Assembly (NCBI GenBank): GCA_965250285.1
Contig: OZ252299.1
Coordinates: 1,152,001-1,216,000, forward strand
Direction of reading: 5' to 3'
Length of the DNA: 64,000 bases
From: Myxococcota bacterium
GTDB taxonomy: Bacteria > Myxococcota_A > UBA9160 > UBA4427
A program made the translations under genes and the position numbers. This document shows positions 1-11,336 of the stretch, in pieces. Each line of letters starts with the position of its first letter. Positions within the stretch are counted from its first letter, which is position 1. Below the pieces are notes generated by a model. The model saw nothing but the letters and a program-made list of their open reading frames with translations, searched no databases and was not told where the DNA came from.

Positions 1-1025
1 TAGTGGACGCTGCGCGTCGGGTAGGCGTCGAAGCCGCGCATCTGCTTGTACTCGCCGCCGGCGCCGGGCTCGAACTTCTGCAAGCCATAGTCGATGCAGT
101 GCTCGACGGCGGCGTAGTAGCAGACGTTGAAGTGCAGGTGCCGCAGGTCGACGGTCGCCCCCCAGTAGCGCCCGTAGAGCGTGTCGCCCTTGGCGACGTT
201 GAACGTCCCGGCGATGGGCTCGTCGCCGCGCCACGCCACGATGAACACGAGCCGGTGCTTCCAGCGTTGGCGCAGTAGATCGAAGAGCTCTTCGTTCAGG
301 TACTGCCGGCCGTAGTAGTGGCCGCGCACCGTCGCGACATAGAACCGATACATCGGCTCGAAGAGCTCGTCGGGGATGTCCTCGCCGACGTGGTGGCGGA
401 TCTCGACGCCCTGTCGATCGAGCTCGCGTCGCTCGCGCTTGATCTGATTGCGACGCTTGCTGCGAAAATGGGCGAGGTAGTCGTCGAACGTTGCGTAATC
501 GTGGTTCAGCCAGTGGTACTGCAGCCCGACGCGCAGCATGTAGTCGCTTGCCTCGAGGCCTTCGATCTCGTCCTCGAGGCAGAAATTGACGTGCACGCCC
601 GATAGCTCGTTGCCCTCGCAGGTCGCGCGCAGGGCCTGGGCCAGCAGATCGCGCCAGGGCCCCGGGTCTTCGCCTTCGGCGACGAGCAGCCTTCGGCCCG
701 TGACCGGCGAGAAGGGCACGCCGACGAGCATCTTGGGGTAGTAGGCGATGCCGGCGCGCTCGGCCGCGTCGGCCCAGCCCCAGTCGAACACGAACTCGCC
801 TTCGCTGTGGCTCTTGATGTAGAGCGGGGCGGCGGCGACGAGGCGCCCATCCTCACGGATGGTCAACGGCCGGGCGTCCCAGCCCGTTCGCGGTCCGACG
901 CAACCCGCCTCTTCGAGCGAGGCCAGCCAGTCCCACTCGAGAAAGGGCGATGCGTCGCCGACGAGGGTGTTCCACTCGTCTCGGTCGATCGCAGCGACGC
1001 CCTCAGCGAGCTCCAGCTCCGGCAT
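1..1025 (-). CDS. FemAB-related GNAT-fold protein (DUF482 family), truncated at the window edge
   Basis: Manual minus-strand translation: MPELELAEGVAAIDRDEWNTLVGDASPFLEWDWLASLEEAGCVG...LYIKSHSEGEFVFDWGWADAAERAGIAYYPKMLVGVPFSPVTG, typical of DUF482. Alternative in-frame ATG at 1037. Confidence 0.85.
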   Translation of the reverse strand, partial: MPELELAEGVAAIDRDEWNTLVGDASPFLEWDWLASLEEAGCVGPRTGWDARPLTIREDGRLVAAAPLYIKSHSEGEFVFDWGWADAAERAGIAYYPKMLVGVPFSPVTGRRLLVAEGEDPGPWRDLLAQALRATCEGNELSGVHVNFCLEDEIEGLEASDYMLRVGLQYHWLNHDYATFDDYLAHFRSKRRNQIKRERRELDRQGVEIRHHVGEDIPDELFEPMYRFYVATVRGHYYGRQYLNEELFDLLRQRWKHRLVFIVAWRGDEPIAGTFNVAKGDTLYGRYWGATVDLRHLHFNVCYYAAVEHCIDYGLQKFEPGAGGEYKQMRGFDAYPTRSVH

Positions 1026-1098
1026 TCGGCGCAGCATAACAGCCGTGCGCAGAAGCCGTGGCGTCGAAGCCCCGGTCTGGCCGAGCTACCATGAGGCC

Positions 1099-1566
1099 AT
1101 GTCCGAAAGCTCGAACGCGGTCGACTCGCCCGACCGGCAAGCATCCGGCGGGGACGAGGGGCGAACGCCCGATTCTCCGGGCGACGAGGCCCGAGCGAGT
1201 GCGTTCGGACGCGAGCGCGCGCATCGGCCCATCCGAGCCGCGGCCGGCGAACCGCCGCCCGACGCGCCCGAGCGCGAGGGTGGGCTCCAGACTCAGATCC
1301 GAAAGAAGACCACGCGGCCCGACAAGTACAAGGTGCTGCTCTACAACGACGATTACACGCCGATGGAGTTCGTCGTCGCGCTCCTGCAGAAGCTTTTCGG
1401 CAAGGGACCCGCAGCGGCCACCCAGATCATGCTCGCGATCCACAGATCTGGAATCGGGGTGGCCGGTGTCTATGTGCTCGAGGTCGCCGAGACCAAGGTG
1501 GCTGCGGTGCATCGAATGGCGGAGCAGCGGGGCTATCCCCTGCGGGCAGGCCTGGAAAAGGAATGA
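1099..1566 (+). CDS. clpS: ATP-dependent Clp protease adaptor ClpS with a long N-terminal extension
   Basis: YKVLLYNDDYTPMEFVV...IHRSGIGVAGVY...AETK motif; lies directly upstream of clpA. Confidence 0.93.
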   Translation: MSESSNAVDSPDRQASGGDEGRTPDSPGDEARASAFGRERAHRPIRAAAGEPPPDAPEREGGLQTQIRKKTTRPDKYKVLLYNDDYTPMEFVVALLQKLFGKGPAAATQIMLAIHRSGIGVAGVYVLEVAETKVAAVHRMAEQRGYPLRAGLEKE

Positions 1567-1573
1567 AAGAGGC

Positions 1574-3832
<2,259 letters not shown>

Positions 3833-3835
3833 CCA

Positions 3836-4483
3836 TCACGCGGCCCGGCCGCGGATCAGCTCCTCGTAGAACCCCATCAGGATCGACACCGTCACGCCGA
3901 CGACCCAGTTCGGGCCATCGACGAGGCAGTAGTGCGCGTGGAGCGCGTCGGCGCTGCGGCGGCGCAGCTCGTAGGCATCGGCGCTGAACACTCGGTCGAG
4001 CGGGATCTCGACGATCTCTTCGACCTCGCGCGGATTCGGCCGAAGCTCGAGCGGGGGCTCGAGGACGCCCACGTACGGCGCGATGTGATGACCGCTGTGC
4101 GAGACGTAGTCACCCAGTCGACCGAGGACGCGGACGTCGCTCGGCGCGACCCCGATCTCTTCGTGTGTTTCGCGCAGCGCCGTCGCCTTTCGGTCGGCGT
4201 CGGTCGCATCGGCGTGGCCGCCGGGAAAACAGAGGTGGCCCCCCGACGAGAGCGCGGGATGTCGTCGCGTGAGCAGCAGCTGCAGCGCGTCGTCGTACGC
4301 GACGATCGGGATCAGGACCGCCGAAGGCCGTGCGTTCTTGCGCGTCGCTTCGGGCAGGGGCTGCTCATGGTGGAAGTTGCGAAGAGGTCGCTGGGCGCGG
4401 CCCACGTCGCTGTCGAAGTGGGCTGCGAGCGACGCGAGCGTCTCGCGCAGCGGCGGGTGGTCGAATTCGGAGTCGATCCCCAT
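3836..4483 (-). CDS. CoA pyrophosphatase, Nudix (NudL/Pcd1) family
   Basis: SAVLIP...GHLCFPGG...ALRETHEEIG Nudix box and the NPREV motif. Confidence 0.85.
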   Translation of the reverse strand: MGIDSEFDHPPLRETLASLAAHFDSDVGRAQRPLRNFHHEQPLPEATRKNARPSAVLIPIVAYDDALQLLLTRRHPALSSGGHLCFPGGHADATDADRKATALRETHEEIGVAPSDVRVLGRLGDYVSHSGHHIAPYVGVLEPPLELRPNPREVEEIVEIPLDRVFSADAYELRRRSADALHAHYCLVDGPNWVVGVTVSILMGFYEELIRGRAA

Positions 4484-4540
4484 CGACCCCGAACCTAGCA
4501 GGCCCGCTCGACGCGCCCGCCCGCGATCGCCGGGGTTGGT

Positions 4541-5377
4541 TCAGGCGGAGAGGCCCGTGAGCCGGGCGCTCTCTTCCCACAGGCGCTTTGCGAGCGCTTC
4601 ATCGAGCGCAGCGTCCGAGGGCCGCTTCTCGGTCGTCTCCATGAAGTAGCGCCCCGTCTTGCCGTCGAGCTCGGCATCGCATGTCAGCATGAGCGGCCCT
4701 TGTGCGCCTTCGTCGACGCCCTTGAACATGAAGCCGACCGCCTTGCGCGCGATCCAGGGCATGTCGCGCACGATGTCGGTGGCGATGGCGCCGGGATGCA
4801 CCGCGTTCGAGGTGACGTCGGTGCCCTCGAGGCGCCTCGCCAGCTCATTCGAGAAGAGCAGGTTTCCGAGCTTGCTCTGGTTGTAGGCCACGCTCGCCTT
4901 GTATGGCTTCTCACCCCGAAAGCTCTCGAAGTCGATCGCGCCGCGCTTGTGGAGCATCGAGGTCAGGTGCACCACGCGTGCGGGCGCGCTCGCCTTCAGC
5001 TTGTCGAGCAGCAGATTCGTCAGCAGGAACGAGCCGAGGTGGTTCGCACCGAACTGCATCTCGAAGCCGTCGGCGGTCGTGGCGGCCTTCTGGGGGAACA
5101 CTCCGGCGTTGTTCACGAGGACGTCGATCCGGTCGAGCTCGGCGTTGGCCCCGTCGGCGAACGCCCGGATCGAATCGAACGAAGCGAGGTCGATCTCGCG
5201 CAGCTCGAGCCGGCCCGAGAAGCCGGCATCGGCCTCGATCTCGCGCTGAGCGGACCGCGCCTTCTCGAGATCTCGGCAGGCCATCACGACGTGGGCGCCT
5301 CGACGCGCGAGCTCGAGGGTCGTCTGCTTGCCGATGCCCGAGCTCGCGCCGGTGAGTACGATCGTCTTGCCCTGCAT
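4541..5377 (-). CDS. Short-chain dehydrogenase/reductase (retinol dehydrogenase-like)
   Basis: TGASSGIG, NNAG, YNQSK and HPG motifs. Confidence 0.9.
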   Translation of the reverse strand: MQGKTIVLTGASSGIGKQTTLELARRGAHVVMACRDLEKARSAQREIEADAGFSGRLELREIDLASFDSIRAFADGANAELDRIDVLVNNAGVFPQKAATTADGFEMQFGANHLGSFLLTNLLLDKLKASAPARVVHLTSMLHKRGAIDFESFRGEKPYKASVAYNQSKLGNLLFSNELARRLEGTDVTSNAVHPGAIATDIVRDMPWIARKAVGFMFKGVDEGAQGPLMLTCDAELDGKTGRYFMETTEKRPSDAALDEALAKRLWEESARLTGLSA

Positions 5378-5400
5378 GTGGGTCCTCCCGAGACCGGATC

Positions 5401-6942
5401 CTATCCCAGCTGTTCCTTCCACTTGCCGCGCCGGAAGCTCCAGATCAGCAGCACCGAGCGCGCGATGTGGTCGACGACGAGGGCGTACCACACCCACACG
5501 ACGTCCCAGTGCAGCACGAACGCGAAGAGGCACGCGAGCGGCACGCGGAACACCCAGTTGCCGAGCGCCGCGCCGAGCATCGGCGTCCAGGTGTCGCCGG
5601 CGCCGCGGTGGGCACCGCCCAGGGTGAAGTGCAGCTGGAGAAAGGGCTGACCGATGGCGAGGGCGAGCATGAAGGGGCCGAGCGCAGCGACCACCGCGGC
5701 GTCGCTGGTGAACGCCTCGCCGAGGGGTTGTCGGAACACGGCGTAGAAGAGCCCGAGCGGGATCGACGTGCCGATGGCGAGCCAGACCGCGCGCACGCCG
5801 GTCTTGGTCGCGGTGTCTGGATCCTTCGCGCCGAGGGCCTGACCCACGAGTGTCGCGCAGGCCTGCGCATAGCCGCTGCCCGGGATCCACGAGAACGAGA
5901 GCAGCGGCACGCCGACGGTGTAGGCCGCCACCGCGACGGTGCCGAACGACTCCGACAGCACCCAGAAGTAGCTGAGCAAGCCCAGGTTCAGCACGACGCG
6001 TTCGCCGATGCCCGGCAAGGCGATGCGGACGACCTCGCGCGTCTGGGGGTTGACGCGCCCGAGCTCTCGCCAGTCGAGCCGGTCGGGGGCGTCTTGGCGC
6101 TTGTTCACGAACACCGCGATCAAGAGCAGCAGCCCGACCCCCTGGCTGATCGCCGTGGCCACACCCGCGCCGGTGAGACCCATCGGAGCGAAGCCGAGCT
6201 CGCCGTAGATCAGCACCCAGTTGAGCGCGAGCTTCACGACGGTGACCACCGCGCCGATGAACATCGGCGTGCGCGTGTCCTTGTTCGCGCGCAGCGCGCT
6301 CTCGAGCACGATGCTGACCGCGAGGAGCGTCGACGAGCCGATGACGAGGCGCAGGTAGGGCAGGCCGGCGTCGACCACCTCGTCCGATGCGCCGAGCAGA
6401 TCGAGGAGCGGGCGGGGCGCGACGAGCATCGACGCCGTGAAGAACAGCGTCACCACGACGCTCACCTGCATCGAAGACACGAGGGCCTGCCGCGAGCGTC
6501 CGGGGTCGCCTGCGCCGATGCCTCGCGCCATCAAGGCCACGCAGGCGAGACCGACCGCAAAGAGCGCCGACTGAATCAGGTGGAAGAGCTGCGTCGCATA
6601 GCCGACGGCGGCGAGGGCGGTCGCGGGCGCGATGTCGCCCTGCAGGTGGCCGATCATCATGCGGTCGACGATCCCCGCGATGCTCATCAGCACCTGCGAG
6701 AGCATGACCGGCACGCCGAGGCGAACGATCTCGGCGGTGATGCCGGTCTTCACGGCGACGCGGCGCGGGCCGATCGGCTCGGGATGGATGGCGCGGCTCG
6801 CGGCCGCGAGCGTCGTCGAAGGAAGCGTGGGCCCCGCTTCGGGATCGCCGAGGTCTTCGATCTCGCCCTCGACCGAACGCGCGAGGGCCTCGTCGTCGTC
6901 GGTCGAGCTCGCCTCGTCTTTGGGATCCGACCGCCGGGACAT
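5401..6942 (-). CDS. MATE family efflux transporter
   Basis: About 12 hydrophobic segments; DRMMIGHL, RANKDTRTPM, GLTGAGVAT and RGAGDTWTPM motifs; acidic N-terminal extension. Confidence 0.9.
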   Translation of the reverse strand: MSRRSDPKDEASSTDDDEALARSVEGEIEDLGDPEAGPTLPSTTLAAASRAIHPEPIGPRRVAVKTGITAEIVRLGVPVMLSQVLMSIAGIVDRMMIGHLQGDIAPATALAAVGYATQLFHLIQSALFAVGLACVALMARGIGAGDPGRSRQALVSSMQVSVVVTLFFTASMLVAPRPLLDLLGASDEVVDAGLPYLRLVIGSSTLLAVSIVLESALRANKDTRTPMFIGAVVTVVKLALNWVLIYGELGFAPMGLTGAGVATAISQGVGLLLLIAVFVNKRQDAPDRLDWRELGRVNPQTREVVRIALPGIGERVVLNLGLLSYFWVLSESFGTVAVAAYTVGVPLLSFSWIPGSGYAQACATLVGQALGAKDPDTATKTGVRAVWLAIGTSIPLGLFYAVFRQPLGEAFTSDAAVVAALGPFMLALAIGQPFLQLHFTLGGAHRGAGDTWTPMLGAALGNWVFRVPLACLFAFVLHWDVVWVWYALVVDHIARSVLLIWSFRRGKWKEQLG

Positions 6943-6986
6943 GGTGGGGCAGCCTAACGGATGCCCGTGGCGGCCGCTCCGGCGCG

Positions 6987-7814
6987 TCAGTCGAGTCGGC
7001 GGTTCAACCCGAAGCGGTCTGCACCGCGCAGCATCACGGTCGGCGGCGGTGTCGGATCCCAGATCGTGGGCTCCCAGGCCGTCATCGGAATGCGCACGCG
7101 TTGGTCGGGGGCGCTGAAACGCAGGCCCATGGCGGTGCGGGCTTCGTCGGTCGGGTTGTCCGATGCATGCCACAAGTTGCCGTTGAACACGATGAACTCG
7201 CCGTCGTGCACGGGTGGGCGCACGATCTCTGCCTCCGGTTCGACGGTGCGCGCGAGCTCGAGCGCGCGGTCGTCGTTCTGCAGCTCGAGCATCGTCACTG
7301 CGCCTGTCGAGAGATCGTCCTCAGGGCGACGGCCGTAGCGATGCGAACCGGGCATGATCTTGAGTGCGTTCTCGGGCGTGGTGTTCGCGGCACCCATCCA
7401 CACGCTGACGCCACTCACGTGATGGAACTCGTTGTCGCTGTGCCAGTGAAGGCGCCCGCCGGCGTCCTGGGCGAAGCAGATCGTCGCCCACAGCATCACG
7501 TCCGGCCCGATCAGCTCGGCGACGCGATCGGCGATGGCGTCGCGCTGGGCCGTTTCGAGCAGGCGGGGCGACAGCGCGTGCAGGCTCTGGAACCAGGGCG
7601 TATCCGCGTAGCAGCTCTCTTGATCAGCGTAGATGCGCTCGAGGTCCTCGCGCGATGGGTAGAAGTATCCGCGGGTGCGCGCGAAGGCGGCCTTCAGCTC
7701 GGGCTCCAGCGCGCGAGCTTGGCCCGGCTCGAGCAGGGGGAAGGGCCCGATCCAGCCGGCCTCGTCGAAGTGGCGACGTTCGTCTTCGGTCAGCCGAGTG
7801 GCCGGCGTGCTCAA
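6987..7814 (-). CDS. Phytanoyl-CoA dioxygenase (PhyH) family Fe(II)/2-oxoglutarate dioxygenase
   Basis: HWHSD...PGSH...WHAS...R motifs; start overlaps the ispH stop. Confidence 0.82.
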   Translation of the reverse strand: MSTPATRLTEDERRHFDEAGWIGPFPLLEPGQARALEPELKAAFARTRGYFYPSREDLERIYADQESCYADTPWFQSLHALSPRLLETAQRDAIADRVAELIGPDVMLWATICFAQDAGGRLHWHSDNEFHHVSGVSVWMGAANTTPENALKIMPGSHRYGRRPEDDLSTGAVTMLELQNDDRALELARTVEPEAEIVRPPVHDGEFIVFNGNLWHASDNPTDEARTAMGLRFSAPDQRVRIPMTAWEPTIWDPTPPPTVMLRGADRFGLNRRLD

Positions 7815-8740
7815 TCGCGCAGCTCGGCCGGCAGCTTGAAGTGCATGCCTTCGTCGACCTCGGGGAGCGAATCGCGCACGACGCCCTCGCCGGCCAGTCG
7901 CTCGAGTCGCTGCACCACCTGTTCGACGAGAAACTCGGGCGTCGAGGCGCCGGCGGTCACGCCCACGCAGGCGACATCGGCGAGCCAGCGCTCGTCGATG
8001 TCATCCGCCGACTGAATCAGATGGCTCAGTACGCCGCGCTTCGTCGCGACCTCGACCAGTCGGTTGCTGTTCGACGAGGCGGGCGCGCCGACGACGAGCA
8101 CGAGCTGGCAGTGATCTGAGAGTGCCTTCACGGCATCCTGACGGTTCTGTGTTGCGTAACAGATGTCGTCGCGCTTCGGCAGCTGGATCTGCGGGAAGCG
8201 CTCGGCGAGGGCGTCCATGATCTCGCGCGTGTCGTCGACCGAAAGCGTCGTCTGAGTGACACAGCCGAGCTTCTCGGGCTGAGTGACCTCGAGCTGCTGC
8301 ACGTCCTCGACGGTCTCGACGAGGTGCATTGCACCGGGCGCCTGGCCCATGGTGCCTTCGACCTCGACGTGGCCGGCGTGGCCGATCATCACGATCTCGA
8401 AGCCTTCGCCCTGCATGCGGCGAACCTCGTTGTGCACCTTCGTCACGAGTGGGCAGGTGGCGTCGATCGTGTCGTGGGACTGATCTGCGGCCCGTCGGCG
8501 GACGTCGGGCGAGACGCCATGCGCGCTGAAGATGAGCTTCACGCCTTCGGGTGCCTGCTCGGGCTCGTCGACGAACACGGCGCCCTTGGCGCGCAGGTCG
8601 TCGACGACGTGCTGGTTGTGGACGATCTCGTGGCGCACGTAGACCGGCACGTCGCTGCGCTCGAGGGCGCGCTCGACGATCTCGATGGCGCGATCGACGC
8701 CGGCACAGAAGCCGCGGGGGCTGGCGAGCAGGATCTTCAC
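7811..8740 (-). CDS. ispH: 4-hydroxy-3-methylbut-2-enyl diphosphate reductase
   Basis: PRGFCAGV, IVHN, DATCPLV, ICYATQNRQ, SSNS and TAGASTP motifs; GTG start at 8740. Confidence 0.96.
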   Translation of the reverse strand: MKILLASPRGFCAGVDRAIEIVERALERSDVPVYVRHEIVHNQHVVDDLRAKGAVFVDEPEQAPEGVKLIFSAHGVSPDVRRRAADQSHDTIDATCPLVTKVHNEVRRMQGEGFEIVMIGHAGHVEVEGTMGQAPGAMHLVETVEDVQQLEVTQPEKLGCVTQTTLSVDDTREIMDALAERFPQIQLPKRDDICYATQNRQDAVKALSDHCQLVLVVGAPASSNSNRLVEVATKRGVLSHLIQSADDIDERWLADVACVGVTAGASTPEFLVEQVVQRLERLAGEGVVRDSLPEVDEGMHFKLPAELRD

Positions 8741-8969
8741 GCCGTCAGGGTAGCAAGGCCGCGCGCGAGGCGGTCGATCCGGCAGGGTTCGAACGCGGCA
8801 GACAGCGCGGGGCGGTCGATCTGGACGCGTGCGCGCGGGGCGGCGCCGCGCCGCGCGGCCGTTACACTGAGGCACCCGCGTCGCGTCCCCCCGCTCGCCC
8901 CTGCGCCGGCCGTCGGACGCCCGATGCGAGATCTGGACAGCTCGATTGCGAGCGAAAGGAGAAGGTCCC

Positions 8970-10175
8970 ATGGCCGACCTCGAACAGTTTCGACAGGACA
9001 CCCGCGCGTGGCTCGAAGAGAACGGGCCCGAGAGCATCCGTGGCATGTCGGCCGACCCGATCAACGGGGTCTGGGGCGGCCGCCGGGGCGACTTCGCTCA
9101 CCCCGATCAGAAGATCTGGCTCGAGCGCATGGGCGCGAAGGGCTGGACGGCGCCGACCTGGCCCGCCGAGTTCGGCGGCGGTGGCCTGTCGAAGGCCGAA
9201 GCGAAGGTGCTCGCCGAGGAGATGCGCGCCCTGAAGCTGCCGCCTGCGCTGATTGGCTTTGGCCTCACGATGATCGGCCCGACGCTGCTCCAGTTCGGCA
9301 CCGATGATCAGAAGAAGGAGCACCTGCCGCCGATCGTGCGCGGCGAGATCCGCTGGTGTCAGGGCTATAGCGAGCCGGGTGCGGGTAGCGACCTGGCTTC
9401 GCTCGCGACGAAGGCCGAGGACGATGGCGACGGCTACGTCCTGAACGGCACGAAGGTGTGGACGTCGTACGCCGACAAGGCCGACTGGATCTTCGCTCTC
9501 GTGCGCACCGGCCCGGTCGAGCCCAAGCACGATGGCATCACCTTCCTGCTCCTCGATATGGACTCGCCCGGCGTTTCGGTCTCGCCGATCAAGCTGATCA
9601 GCGGCAGCTCGCCGTTCTGCGAGACGCACTTCGAGAACGCGCGCGCGCTCAAGAAGAACGTGATCCTCGGTGAGAACAAGGGCTGGACGGTGGCGAAGGC
9701 GCTGCTCGGTCACGAGCGCTCGATGATCGCCGACGCATTCGGCGCAGGCGGCGGCAAGTCGAAGTCGGCGCGCGGCCGGCTGGTCGACATGGCGGCCGAC
9801 TATCTCGGCGAATCGAGTGGCGGCGTGCTCGACGACGCGATCGTGCGCGACGAGATCGTGCAGGCCGAGATGGATACGCGTGCGTTCGGGCTCACCGTGC
9901 AGCGCAGCAAGGACAACGCGAAGGCCGGTCACATGCCCGGCGCCGAGACGAGCATGTTCAAGATCTACGGCACCGAGCTGAACCAGAGGCGGCACGAGCT
10001 GATGGTGCGCATCGCCGGGCCTCAGTCGCTCGGCTGGGAAGGGCCGGGCTTCGACGACGAGGAGCTCACGCTCACTCGCGACTGGCTGCGCACGCGCGGC
10101 AACACGATCGAGGGCGGCACCAGCGAGGTGCAGCTGAACATCATCGCCAAGCGTGTGCTTGGCCTTCCCGACTGA
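8970..10175 (+). CDS. Acyl-CoA dehydrogenase (catalytic subunit of a PimC/PimD- or ChsE-like pair)
   Basis: WCQGYSEPGAGSDLASL, NGTKVWTS and TIEGGTSEVQ motifs. Confidence 0.92.
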   Translation: MADLEQFRQDTRAWLEENGPESIRGMSADPINGVWGGRRGDFAHPDQKIWLERMGAKGWTAPTWPAEFGGGGLSKAEAKVLAEEMRALKLPPALIGFGLTMIGPTLLQFGTDDQKKEHLPPIVRGEIRWCQGYSEPGAGSDLASLATKAEDDGDGYVLNGTKVWTSYADKADWIFALVRTGPVEPKHDGITFLLLDMDSPGVSVSPIKLISGSSPFCETHFENARALKKNVILGENKGWTVAKALLGHERSMIADAFGAGGGKSKSARGRLVDMAADYLGESSGGVLDDAIVRDEIVQAEMDTRAFGLTVQRSKDNAKAGHMPGAETSMFKIYGTELNQRRHELMVRIAGPQSLGWEGPGFDDEELTLTRDWLRTRGNTIEGGTSEVQLNIIAKRVLGLPD

Positions 10176-10193
10176 GCGCTGGAGCCCCCGAAG

Positions 10194-11336
10194 ATGGAAC
10201 TTGTACTCACCGAAGACCAGGAAATGATCTCGCAGACCGCGGCCGACTTCGCGAACGATCGCTCGCCGATCACGCGATTCCGCGAGCTGCGCGACTCGAA
10301 CGACGAAGTCGGCTTCAGCCGCGCACTGTGGAAGGAGATGGCCGAGCTCGGATGGGTGGGCATCGCCTACCCCGAGAGCGTCGGCGGCGCCGACATGGGC
10401 TTTGCCGAGCTCGCGCTCGTGCTCGAGCAGCTCGGCCGCCAGCTCGCGCCCGAGCCGCTGCTGTCGTGCGCCGTCCTCGGTGGCCGCGCGCTACTGCACG
10501 CGGGCACCGATGCGCACAAGAAGGAGTGGCTCCAGCCCATGATCGAGGGCGACAAGCTCGTCGCGCTCGCGACGCAGGAGCCCAAGAGCCGCTGGGCACT
10601 CGAGCACGTCACCACGACGGCGACGTCGAGCGGCGGGGGCTGGCAGATCTCGGGCACGAAGATCCAGGTGCTCGACGGTCATGTCGCCGATGCCTTCGTC
10701 GTGAGTGCCCGCACGTCGGGCGAAGCCGACAGCGAGCAGGGCGTCGGTCTCTTTCTGGTGCCGGCCGACGCGCCGGGCGTCGCGATCGAGCGGCAGCATC
10801 GCCTCGACGATCGGGGGGCGGCGATCGTGACGCTCTCGAACGTCGAGGTCGGGGCCGACGCGCTGCTGGGTGATGCCGAGGGCGGTCTCGCCGTGCTGCG
10901 GCAGGTCGTCGAAGAAGGCACGGTGGCGCTCTGCGCCGAGATGCTCGGCGGCATGGCTCAGGCGTTCGACATGACCATCGAGTACCTGAAGGAGCGCGAC
11001 CAGTTCGGCGAGAAGATCGGCTCTTTCCAGGGGCTGAAGCACCGCGCAGCGCGCGTCTTCATGGAGGTCGAGCTGTCGCGCAGTGTGGTGATGGCGGCCG
11101 CGCGGGCGCTCGATGCGGGCGACCCGGATGCGCCGAAACTCGTGAGCCTTGCGAAGGCCCGGCTCTCGGACGCCTACGTGCTCGCCACGAACGAGGGCGT
11201 GCAGATGTTCGGCGGCGTGGGCATGACCGAGGAGTACGACATCGGCCTGTTCATGAAGCGGGCGCGCGCGACCGAGCTCACGTTCGGCGACGCGGCCTTT
11301 CACCGCCGCCGTTGGGCGGAGATCTCGGGGTACTAG
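10194..11336 (+). CDS. Acyl-CoA dehydrogenase (partner subunit)
   Basis: RDQFGEKIGSFQGLKH and QMFGGVGMTEE motifs; adjacent to the first ACAD gene. Confidence 0.9.
   Translation: MELVLTEDQEMISQTAADFANDRSPITRFRELRDSNDEVGFSRALWKEMAELGWVGIAYPESVGGADMGFAELALVLEQLGRQLAPEPLLSCAVLGGRALLHAGTDAHKKEWLQPMIEGDKLVALATQEPKSRWALEHVTTTATSSGGGWQISGTKIQVLDGHVADAFVVSARTSGEADSEQGVGLFLVPADAPGVAIERQHRLDDRGAAIVTLSNVEVGADALLGDAEGGLAVLRQVVEEGTVALCAEMLGGMAQAFDMTIEYLKERDQFGEKIGSFQGLKHRAARVFMEVELSRSVVMAAARALDAGDPDAPKLVSLAKARLSDAYVLATNEGVQMFGGVGMTEEYDIGLFMKRARATELTFGDAAFHRRRWAEISGY

Noticed and set aside
1058..1573. 924-aa ClpA with a long N-terminal extension, as in the ORF track
   Set aside because: The extension overlaps clpS in another frame; the real start is the ATG at 1574
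6987..7814. Non-heme iron halogenase
   Set aside because: The HxD carboxylate ligand is retained (HSD); halogenases have Ala or Gly at that position
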